Part shown: positions 52,981-64,000 of the stretch, piece after piece
Layout of the letters: the number at the start of each line of letters is the position of its first letter
Position numbering within the stretch: the stretch's first letter is position 1
From: Octopus vulgaris
Taxonomy: Eukaryota
Assembly: GCA_951406725.2 (NCBI GenBank)
Contig: OX597820.1
Span: 56,482,001-56,546,000, forward strand
Direction: 5' to 3'
Length of the DNA: 64,000 bases
The notes under the pieces: model-generated
The model's database searches: none
The model's input: the letters and a program-made list of their open reading frames with translations, nothing else
Told to the model about the DNA's origin: nothing
Position numbers and translations under genes: made by a program

Positions 52981-53986
52981 AAAAAAGTGTTTTGTTGAAG
53001 AGTACAACACGAATTGAAACCACGATCCAACGATCGTGAGTGCAACAGCCTAAACACTAGGCCACGCGCCTTCAAAGCACTTTCACATTGCTCCAGTCCC
53101 CTTTCGATCAATGGGGAAATGCTGGTCTACTCGCCTAGCCAGCAGGATGCTATCATTCGATGGCTAAAACGATGCAAAGCACATCTGATAGTCTGGTATG
53201 AAACCAGCAGTTGCTGGTAGTTTCATATCCATCCGAAGCAACGCAGCACAAGCAAAATAATAGCTTTTTGTATGGCATCCTTTGAGAAGTGAATCAACTC
53301 TCCACTTCTTTAAAGCCGTAATGTTAATTTACAACTCACATAATCTGATGAGAGAGTCTCTGAATAGTAACCCAACCAGTTAAACGTTATAAATAAAGTC
53401 TAGTGCAAGTGCAGTGAAAAATGCAAATAGTATTTGCAAAATTTAACCATTGTTATGTTCTTTATTTGTTCCAAGCGAAACGTAACACAGAGAATATTCC
53501 ACCAAATTTTAGAAAAGTGTTTCAATGAAAAGAAATATGCATTGCAGCTTGGCAGAATATTATGGACAGAGATTATTAAAAATGGTCAAAAGAACTTGAT
53601 GTTGATATTGAACAATATCCAGATCAGGTATTGATAAGGAAAGAGTCATGGTTACCAAATATACAACGTCTATTTATCTATCTACGTTTACCAAGTATTG
53701 TTATACCAATGAGCTGTAATATAATAGTTTAACGTATCCTAAAGAAAATATCTAATAGATTTCTACAAATTTTGATGGACGAATATAAATGGATCATTTT
53801 ATGTCTTTAAGACGTAAGTTAATTCTTCTATGAGATTACATCTTTATCATGTAATAAATAATGATTCACTTTGACAAGGAAATAGGATCGAATATTCTCG
53901 AATACAGGGAATACAGTTAATAGAATCTATGTTAACGCATAACTGGTTCTTAGTTTACCAGTAGTTTACCAATTCTGGATGACCGA

Positions 53987-54029
<43 letters not shown>

Positions 54030-54304
54030 TGTCGCTTGTTTTTTCTCTTCCTATTCCATAAATCAGTCACTAAATTACAAAATATAGTCTTCCCACGTAG
54101 AAGAATGATCAATTATACACTGCAACCGTAGACAGTTTGTGCCGATACAAAGGCAGTTCCGAGTGAGAAACAGCATTCTAATTAATTTGCTACTTTGTTA
54201 GTCAATGTACATACAAACAGCTCCAATTTATGCCAATGAACTAATTAGCTTATATTTCCTAATAAACACATAAATCGATTTTCATATGAAATGCCTTTGA
54301 TAAA

Positions 54305-54383
<79 letters not shown>

Positions 54384-55192
54384 GTTATTGTTGTTGTTGT
54401 TGTTATTATTATTAGTAGTAGTAGTAGTTGTAGCTGCTGTTATTATTATTATTTCCGTCACAGTTTAACACAATAAGCAAGATTACAATGAAATGCAGTG
54501 CACTCAGCACATTGCATCACTGTACAAACAAACGTGGCTTTCATCTCTGGAAGGTCGATAAAGCAATTACCAGTTATATTCTAGGATTAATTCAGTCAAA
54601 TTATAAAAATCCCGCTACAACTAATGGCCTGTAACTAAATAATCTAATAATAATGATGTTAAGGTGGCAATATGGATATTTGTAACCGGAAAAATATCTC
54701 CCCCGCCACATCAATCTACTCTAAACCTCCGACGATGTAATCCATAACTCATACTGTCATGTAAGGCAATTACTTCGTTGAAGTAATGAACTGCCATCTA
54801 CTCAGAAGATATGAAATAGAGGATGCAACAGAGAGAGGGAGAGAGAAAGACAGAGAGAGAGAGAGGGGTGGGTGGGAGAAGAAAGAAAAGAAAAGAGTGG
54901 GAGAAAAAAGAGCTAGAAGCGAGAAGGAAGGAGGGGGGAGAGAGAGAGAGAACGCAGCGAAAGAGGAGATGTTAACATATGGTTTCTCAACCTGCTGAAA
55001 ATAACGGCCAAAAATTCTCGTTAGTTACATCTACATATCCAACCTTCATCAATAAAGGCTTTCTTGAACGAGTCTACTCTTATCATCGAGTCTACTCTTA
55101 TTTTGGGTGTCTCCTGAACTCGCCGCTGATGTTTTTTTGAGGGTCTTTCGACTCTTGCCCTAGTGGAATTTATTACGCACACGAATACATAC

Positions 55193-55286
<94 letters not shown>

Positions 55287-55329
55287 ACACTCATACACAC
55301 AGCGTCAGCAATATGCATATACAGAGAAG

Positions 55330-55560
55330 GCGGCGAGCTGGCAGAATCGTTAGCACGCCGGGTGAAATGCTTACCAGTATTTCGTCTGTCTTTACGTTCT
55401 GAGTTCAAATTCCGCCGAGGTCGACTTTGCCTTTCATCCTTTCGGGGTCGATAAATTAAGTACCAGTTACGCACTGGGGTCGATGTAATCGATTTAATCC
55501 CTTTGTCTCTCCTTGTTTGTCCCCTCTATGTTTAGCCCCTTGTAGGCAATAAAGAAATAA
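55330..55560 (+). mobile_element. SINE family A with TSD
   Basis: AATATGCATATACAGAGAA (19 nt) on both sides. Confidence 0.93.
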
Positions 55561-55973
55561 ATATGCATATACAGAGAAAGAGTGAGAGAGTGTTGCAAAT
55601 ATATAGAGAGAGGTTGGGGATGGGGAAGTTTACAATGAAAAACGCTTAAAAGTCAAAGAGACAGATATATAGAGGGAATCTTTTCTGTTGTCACAGATTT
55701 TGAAATTTAAAAATTAAGCGACAATTTTCAACTTTTTACATTGATATAATCTTTTTACGTTGAATACGATTTTGCTATTCATTTCTTCTAGAAAGCTTTT
55801 CGAAAAGTGTTACAGAAATTTAAAATTTGATGATTTTTCCTCAATCACAAAACAGGATTTAGAAGCTTGCATTTATTTTTGTGTGATAGCTATCACAAAA
55901 TGAAAGGGAAAATATTGCAACGAAGTTTTAAACAAGATGAAAGCAATTGTATGTCATATCAAGAAAGAAAGAG

Positions 55974-56018
<45 letters not shown>

Positions 56019-56143
56019 GAGTGAGAGTCAAGGAGCAGCATGCGTGAGAGATATAGATATACAAAGAAAGAGGGAGAAAAAAGAGGGAGAGAGAATGGTA
56101 AATATATATAGAGAGCGGAAATACATAAAAGACAGATAGATAA

Positions 56144-56211
<68 letters not shown>

Positions 56212-56592
56212 GACAGATACAGAGGGGTAGATTTAGCGATCTAAAAGTCGAGTTATTTCTCGCAGCAAATCCTATTTTTATATTATTAATTACCGAATAC
56301 CTTCCTCTTGAGATGCAGATATCGAAAATCAAATCTGTTTCTCTCGAGGATACACCGTTTCTGTGTGTGTGAAGGCGTGTGACTTAGTGGTTAGGCTGTT
56401 GCACTTACGATCGCTAGATCATGGGTTCAATTCTCTGACTGGGCGACGCGTTGTGTTCTTGAGCAAAGCACTTCATTTCACATCCCCCTTCTATCAAGGG
56501 TGGCGTCATTTGAAGGCTAAAACAATGCAAAAAAGCGCATTGTGACTAGCGATGTGTAACTGCATCTGATAGCCTTGTCGGTCACATGTGAT

Positions 56593-56654
<62 letters not shown>

Positions 56655-56811
56655 CGTGATCACGCGTGCGTGTGTGTGCGTGACGAGTGTGTATTTCATT
56701 CATCAGTCTTGCAGACATTGGAGAGCATCGAAGGTGGAGGAAAAGTAACTTCTGAAATCCCCTACCTGCAACCACAGCCGAGCGCTCTCCCACACATACA
56801 CACACACGTAT

Positions 56812-57693
56812 GATAGGATGTTCGGCGGCTAAATTCGATGTTTTATTGCGTTTCCTTTTGTTAGGAACAGTTAATGTATTGGTGAACGGCACTGGAGAGT
56901 ATAAAGATCAAAGCTGTAGTTGGAAAAAAAAAAAGAAGCCATCTGAATACTGGAAAAGAATTACCTGTATCATGATGATAAAAATCCGACATCATGATTG
57001 CTGCTCAATGCTCTGCGAACACTGTAAAAGCTGTAGGACATGACATGGGTACCTCCAATACAGACTACGAAGCCCTGGTCAACAGGAAAGGGCCCAACAG
57101 TCTTTCTGACCGCTTCCACACGCCGGAATTCATTCGGCTGCTGTTAAATAGGACCTCAAACTCAATTCAGATGGCTATGTGAAACGGCTGGAGATTGTGG
57201 CTAGAAGGCCCACAGCTCATAAGCTGAAACTAGAATCAATCAATCAATCAATATGCCAACAGCATTCAACTCCTTACTTTACCCATGGAAAGAATCATAA
57301 GTGGTTTCCGGAGAATTTCTACGACTTCGTCAACCTCAATTTTTGGCCTCTTTATTCCTCTGATTGTAATCCTATGGATTGCCTTGTGTGAGGTGCGGTT
57401 GAAAAAGACATCAACCCTTCTGCTTGCAACACGAACGTCAGCCTGGTGGCCAAGATCAAGGAGGTGTTCGAAGATCTTTCCAGGGACAAAGTGAAGAACG
57501 CATGCGTCAGGTTCCGGAGCCAGGTTGAGGCTGTGGTGAAAGCTGAACGCAGCTACTTTGAAAAAACTCTTATCTCTTAGCCCTAATTAGTTAATATGTT
57601 TTTTTGTTTCTTAAAATATTTTTATGTTTGGATGGAATATTGGGTTTTCTACTCTTTGTATGCAAACTGTTAAATTTATAGAACAAACCGTAT
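56812..57693 (+). mobile_element. Deleted Tc1/mariner-superfamily (maT/DD37D-like) element
   Basis: QQHSTP...FWPLYSSDCNPMDCLV*GAVEK...NACVRFRSQVEAVVKAE.SYFE (cf. QQD.AP, WP..SPD.NP.D..VWG); TIRs decayed. Confidence 0.8.
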
Positions 57694-57698
57694 ACATA

Positions 57699-58112
57699 CA
57701 GGCGTGGCTGTGAGGTAAGAATCTTGCTTCCCAGCCACATAATTCCGGGTTCAGTCCCACTGCGTGGCACCTTGAGCAAGTGTCTTCTACTGTAACCTCA
57801 GGCCAACCAAAGCCTTGCGAGTAGATTTGGTAGACAGAAACTGAAAGAAGCTCGTCGTATATATACGTATATATCTATTTGTGTGTGTCATTGTGTCTGT
57901 GTTTGTCCCCCCCATTACCGATTGACAACCGGCATTGATGTGTTTACGCCCCCTTAACTTGGCGGTTCGACAAAAAAGACTGATAGAATAAGTACTAGGC
58001 TTTTAAAAAATAAGTCTTGGGGATATGTTCGACTAAAACCCTCCAAAGCGGTGCTCCAGCATGGCCGCAGTCAAATTACTGAGACAAGTAAAATAATAAC
58101 AGAATAAAAGAA
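57699..58112 (+). mobile_element. SINE family B
   Basis: GGGTTCAGTCCCACTGCGTGGCACCTTGAGCAAGT; ACTGAGACAAGTAAA tail. Confidence 0.88.
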
Positions 58113-58429
58113 TTCATACACACACACATAGACACACAAAAATACACAAACACATGTATAGGCAAATAGAAAATAAACATAAAAAGAACAAAAGTCAAAA
58201 TGGTGTACACAGTAAATGTATTAGAATAATAGCAAAGGTCCGGAGAGAAGGAAAAAAATATCCAAGTAAAGCACGTATGTGGTTACATCGCTCATCCTTA
58301 TTATAACGACTAGCGGAAAGGACGGATTACTTGCAGAATTATCAGTCTTTCCTCAATGACTCCTAAGCTAGTGATCAAGCGATTTGTATTCAACAGTTAC
58401 ATGCAGTATCGAACATACGATGAGAAAAC

Positions 58430-58985
58430 AGGTTTTATATGAATATTCAAGAGACAAAATGATATTAACTGCACTTGACATATGTTTGAAAACTGATGCT
58501 TATATTTGATGTTAAACCTGTGAAAAAAACAAAAAACAAAAACAAAAACAAAAACAAAAACAAATTTAACATATATAGATATAAGCAAGGCATCGTATGA
58601 CAGTTGAATGCGTAATATATATTTATGGATATACAACAAATGTGTCAAGTAATGATATGCCAAATGAACTTAATGATATGCGCTTAATAATATATGTTTA
58701 TATATATTACGCAACAGAATACTTCAAGGTATGGGTATGATAGATGAAGATTTAATAATAAGTGTTTATAGATATTCAACAAAGCACTGCAGGATATGAC
58801 GTAATAAATGAATGCTTAATAATATATATTTAAAAACATGCGGCAGAGTACTTCAAGGTATGGCATGATAACCAAATGCTTATTGATATATTTAGATACG
58901 TACAACAGAATACTTCAACGTGTTTTGTAGTAGATGAAGGCACATTAATATTCGCTACAGGACACTTTGAAGTATGGTATGTAAT
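58430..58985. repeat. Degenerate ~62-64 bp tandem repeat
   Basis: AGA(A/G)TACTTCAA(G/C)GT at ~58717, ~58845 and ~58907; recurrent TGCTTAATAATATAT-like motif. Confidence 0.65.
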
Positions 58986-59128
58986 ATAAACGTATAATTA
59001 ATTTCCCCCACTTTCCATATGTATTGTGTGTCAGTAATGCCTCATACATACATACATACATACATACATACATACATACATACATACATACATGCATACA
59101 TACATACATACATACATACATACATACA

Positions 59129-59162
<34 letters not shown>

Positions 59163-59371
59163 CAGACGTATATATATATATCTTTTATCTGTTGCTTCTT
59201 TCACTCATTTGACTGCAGCCATGAAACGTTCGTCGAACAAATCGATTCCAGTACTTAGGTTTGTCTAAGCCTGGTACTTGTTCTACCAGTCTCTTACAGC
59301 CAACCCGATAACTTACAGAGAATATACAAACCAAAGCTGTTTGTCAAGCAGTGGTGGAAGGCAAACACACA

Positions 59372-59429
<58 letters not shown>

Positions 59430-59618
59430 CAGACGCAAACACACACATGGCGATTACGCGGTATTACTTAACCATGCTGTTATCAAAGAACCAGTGCGAA
59501 ACCGATTGGTAAGATCGGTCGTAATGGATATATGCTATTGTATACTACGAATATACCCACTCTATTGATGCATATATGAGTGCATATTTTTGCTGTTTTA
59601 TGGATTCTTAAACGACTA

Positions 59619-59717
<99 letters not shown>

Positions 59718-59963
59718 TTCTTGACACAATTAGAAGCGATGCATGTTAATAGAACTTTCCAATTCGAATCGAAGAGGAAGGTTTATAAGAGATGCATTCC
59801 TTTTTAACTATTGCATAATAATCTAAAACGTACATATTAAATACTTTAAAAATATGGCTACTTGGTTTGACTTACACATGCGTGCGCGCACTCACTCACA
59901 CACACACACATACGTAACACACTCATACATACATATTTATATACACACACATACAAAGATATA

Positions 59964-60015
<52 letters not shown>

Positions 60016-60078
60016 CATATTTACATATGTACATACACATATGCATACACACACACACGCACACATACACATATATAT

Positions 60079-60131
<53 letters not shown>

Positions 60132-61594
60132 TACATATTTACATGTGTACATACACATATGCATACATATGTAGATGCATATGCGTGCGCGTACGTGTGT
60201 TTATTGGTTTAATCTCGAGAAAGGTGAAACTATGCACATGCCCTTCTCCCAGCGCTCCAAGACCGATTAGATCGACGCAATTGCTTTCTGTCAATAATTA
60301 TAATTGTAAAGCTGACGATTGCTGAGAGAAAAAGATAAGATAAGCAGAGAGGATTTCCGTTGCTTTTAACGTTCTGCGAAAAAGAAAAAAAAAAGTATCT
60401 GAGCGTATGATTAGTTCATTGAGTAGAAGTGGCTGGTAATAACGAATAGGGTTAGAAATGGGTGAGTTGGGTGATCCTGAGTGGTAGATGAAGGATACTG
60501 AGGAGTAAAAGCCAGAGTAGAGGCTGTAGAGGAGGAGGAAGAAGAGGAGGAGAAGAAGGAGACAAGCAAGCTTGCAGAAACGATGCTAAAGTGAGTTAGT
60601 AAGTGACAACATGCCAATTAGTTTTATTTTTTACTTCCTTCAGTCACTGGACTGTAGCCATGCTGGGGCACCGCCCCAAAGGGCTTTTTGTCGAATAGAT
60701 CGACCCCAGTACCTGTTTTTAAGTTTGGTACCAATTCTATATCCCACTTCCTCAGCTAACCCACCCCCGTTCGCCGTCACATGTGATCCCAGATACTTAA
60801 AAACATTAAACCTCCTCTAACATTTCACCATTTATACTCACATTCATTCTACCAGCCATTAGAACGTCTCATGACTTTACTCTTAGCTACATTCACTTTC
60901 GGTTTCCCCCTCTCTCACATGGGCAAAAAAAAATGTTCAACTTATTGCCTAGAGCGAGCCCATAGCAATATCATATCTTCTTCACTATTTCAGTATTACG
61001 TGTTAAAAGTGAAGCAAAAAAATTTCTCTATTTTATGTCAGATGCGTTCACTTTAACAATAAAAATAATAATAACAATTGAATTATATGTAGTAAGTAAT
61101 AATTAAAATCAAACTAAAGTATAATATAATCGTAACATAACAAAAGTAAAAATAGAAATTGGTATAAAATTGCATCAATGACTTGAACCTGGTTTCACAT
61201 GAATGGGAATAAATTAAAAATAGAATTAGCGTGCAGAAATGGAATAGTCCAGATGGAGGTGTGCAATACCCTTTACCACGGCTTTTACATTAGATTATCT
61301 GCTAATTAGCTAGCATTAAGTATCTATATGAAGTTTGGCTGTATGTAATGTCTGTTTTCTCGAACAGCGCTTCTACTGAGTACTGTTATTATTATTACTG
61401 TTTAACTATTGTTATCACGTTTGTTGGTTCCTCGTAAGGGAAACGTTGTTGTTTTGCATTTGTTAAATAATTGTAAACTGTAACCTCCCCCTTTGGGAGA
61501 AGTGGCTTTGGTTATTGTTTAAAAAGTGAATTGTGTCCTTGTTTGGGGAAATTGACAATATTTTCACCGTTTACACGGAAGCATTTTTGTTAGA

Positions 61595-62760
61595 ATGCCT
61601 TCGATAGAAGAAATTCCAAAAATGAATTTCGCTGCAGCCGTCGGCGGGCGCGAACTCATTAAAATTAAAATGGAAGAAATACAAACCTATTTCGGACAGA
61701 TCACCGACAAAGACAGTAAATCTAGGATAACACCACCAAACGAAATAAAAAAATTAAATTAAAGAAAAGACTATTGTCTATAAAGTATACAATGTAGAGA
61801 AAAAAAATTGAACACCTGGAGGAAAGCACCATCAAAAAGTGTCTTGGTGCGACTATGAAAGATATCTAACCAGAGGCGGTAACTTCGCCAAGGTAGAAGC
61901 AAGGTTCGAGTCAATGGAGCGTGCAAGGGAGTACTCGACTCGAACCTTGCAAAGTGGAAATATTTTATTTTTACCTTTATATCTGGGACATAGGACGTCC
62001 CGGATAAAAATTAAATCTCCCCCCAGAAATAGAGGTAGGCTGGATTGTAGCCACACTTCTAAACAAGAGGGAGGACAAGATACAATTGATCGAAATTGCA
62101 AGAGACGGGCCTACAATTCCAGTCTGTTATATATTTTGAGTATTGTTATCACTAGCGATATCAAGATATAACTTTGTATTTTGTATTTTATGTGTAGATG
62201 TATATATATATAGATGTAAATGTAATATGTACACATATATATATATACATATATACATGCACTAGCACTATGACCCGGCAACGATGGGTCATAATGCTAG
62301 TATATATATATATATAATACCTCTTCTATTGCTAGCTCTCTTTTGTCAAACTGCGAAGTTAGGGGCGTAAACAAACCAACACCAGTTGCGAACACCGCTC
62401 CATCTGAAAAGAAAAACAACAAAAAGAACCATCTTCGAAGAACAACCAGGAAGAAAAAACAAGACATGAGCCAATAAACATAGAAGAAGCAAACCTAGAT
62501 TAGCGTACAGTCAAAAGAAAACGCAAACGAAAAAATACCACACCCACTCCCACTCAACCACAGACACTCACCCCAGTGCCACCACATCACAGACACACAC
62601 ACCAGAAATAACCCACCTGCTACTTCCCACTACAGACACCCCAACACAATACGAATCCATATCACCTCGCCCCAAAACAGTCATAAAAATTACCGCCTAA
62701 TAGAATACCCACCTAACAGAACTAGTCTGCACAAACCCCCGTATATCCCCCTATATCGTA
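61595..62760 (+). pseudogene. Frameshifted ORF, probably ORF1 (gag-like) of a non-LTR retrotransposon; interrupted at ~62115-62390
   Basis: MPSIEEIPKMNFAAAVGG.../YLTRGGNFAKVEARFESMERAREYSTRTL...LPLYLGHRTSRIKI/PPEIEVGWIVA, then a K/R-rich (TVKRKRKRK) and P/T-rich tail; family assignment is inference. Confidence 0.5.
62261..62301. mobile_element. 41-nt hairpin with Helitron-like CTAG termini
   Basis: ACTAGCACTATGACCC-9 nt-GGGTCATAATGCTAGT, 16-bp arms with 1 mismatch, embedded in (TA)n. Confidence 0.5.
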
Positions 62761-63290
62761 CCCCCAAGCCACAACATACCAGAGCACGTAAAATTTATCT
62801 ACGTTGATAGTAAGGCTTATATTGATATATATATAAAATTTCCTAAAGAAGTTGGGTCGCTACAGCGGGTATTTACCAAACGCTTATGCACACGGTTCCC
62901 GAAAGACACCCCACAAGCTGCGGAAGGGGTAGGGAGCTACTCACACACTTCCACACCAAATGAAAGTAAATTCTTACTACTATGTTTTCGCTCAAGCTCG
63001 GTTGAATAATATATAAGGAAAAAGGACAGAGAAGAAGAAAAGGAAGAAGGGCAGGTAGTCCAGAGAAAATCACGTTGATCGTTATTTGGCCGAAAAATAA
63101 CACACACACACGCATATGTATGACGGGTTGCCACACAAAGGTCGAACCAGGGCTACAGTAAAAGATACCCAAGTGCCAAATGGTGGGATTGTAACCGAAA
63201 CAATGTGGTTACAAAGCGAGCTTCTTAACCACACAGTCATACCAGTGAGTTATTGCATATGTTTTTTATTGTGTCTAGTTTGTCTGTATA

Positions 63291-63321
63291 TGCAGCAGCA
63301 GCAACAGCAGCAACAGCAGGT

Positions 63322-63386
<65 letters not shown>

Positions 63387-63428
63387 AGCAGCAACAGCAG
63401 CAGCAGCAACAGTAGGAGCAGCAGCAGA
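63291..63428. repeat. (CAG/CAA)n tract
   Basis: Directly visible. Confidence 0.95.
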
Positions 63429-63519
63429 ACCACCAACACCACCACTACCCCAAATGGAGCAATACTTCATTGTGTGTCTCATATGAGATTTTTTTCATCT
63501 TTATCTTTTATCCTTCATC

Positions 63520-63853
63520 TCATACTTGTCTCAGTCATTTGACTGCGGCCATGCCTGGGCACCATCTTGAATCGACCCCAGTTCTTATTCTTTTAAGCTT
63601 CGTCCTTATTCTATGGGTCACTTTGGCAAAAGAGACCGATAGGGAGGGAAACATACCAACACCGGTTCTCAAGCTGTAGTGGGTTACACACACATATGCG
63701 ACGGGCTTCTTTTCAATTTCCGTCTACCAAATCTACTCAGAAGGCTTTGGTCGGCCCGAGAGTGTAGAAGAAAACATTGCTCAAGGTGCCACACAGAGAT
63801 ACTGAACCTGGGATCATGTGGCTAGGAAGCAAGATTCTTACCACACAGCCACG
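63520..63853 (-). mobile_element. SINE family B (partial copies also at ~790-930, 59180-59360, 60625-60740, 63105-63245)
   Basis: CAGTCATTTGACTGCGGCCATG tail; CTTACCACACAGCCAC head on the minus strand. Confidence 0.8.
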
Positions 63854-64000
63854 GTTTTGTAAACGTTGGGAGTTGAAGTATTTGGGGACTCTGAAGAAGG
63901 ACGTCAGTCTAGGAGTCATGTAGTTTTTGTTATACTGAAGATGTGAGAACACCAGCGGAGATCCTTAGTGATAGGGATGTCTAGCAACTGTAACAAATTT

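Noticed and set aside
53345-53370. CTGATGA motif (also at 8758)
   Set aside because: No convincing GAAA/stem III/stem I arrangement
63116-63415. Poly-Q ORF
   Set aside because: Starts inside a SINE fragment and stops right after the repeat; no splice or domain support

Overview
AT-rich, extremely microsatellite-dense eukaryotic DNA. The SINE repertoire and repeat style suggest an octopod cephalopod genome, which is an inference and was not checked. I find no intact protein-coding gene; almost all track ORFs are translations of simple repeats or SINEs. The window is a graveyard of mobile elements: three tRNA-headed SINE families, a (TAA)n-tailed short element, decayed R4/Dong-like and RTE non-LTR pieces, an inverted pair of Penelope-like (RT thumb + GIY-YIG) fragments, Tc1/mariner, pogo/Tigger and hAT relics, and Helitron-like ends. 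The most notable signal is about seven minimal type-I hammerhead ribozyme motifs in short elements, most beside (TA)n/(CA)n tracts. The best has a compensated U3-A8 core and lies in a 364-nt tandem unit at 50588-51085, resembling a retrozyme. Other points of interest: an inverted duplicate of an exon-like block (2633-3148 / 5927-6470), SINE multimers with a shared 184-bp junction, and a SINE with two alternative tails. All alignments, translations and folds were done by eye, and coordinates of decayed elements are approximate.
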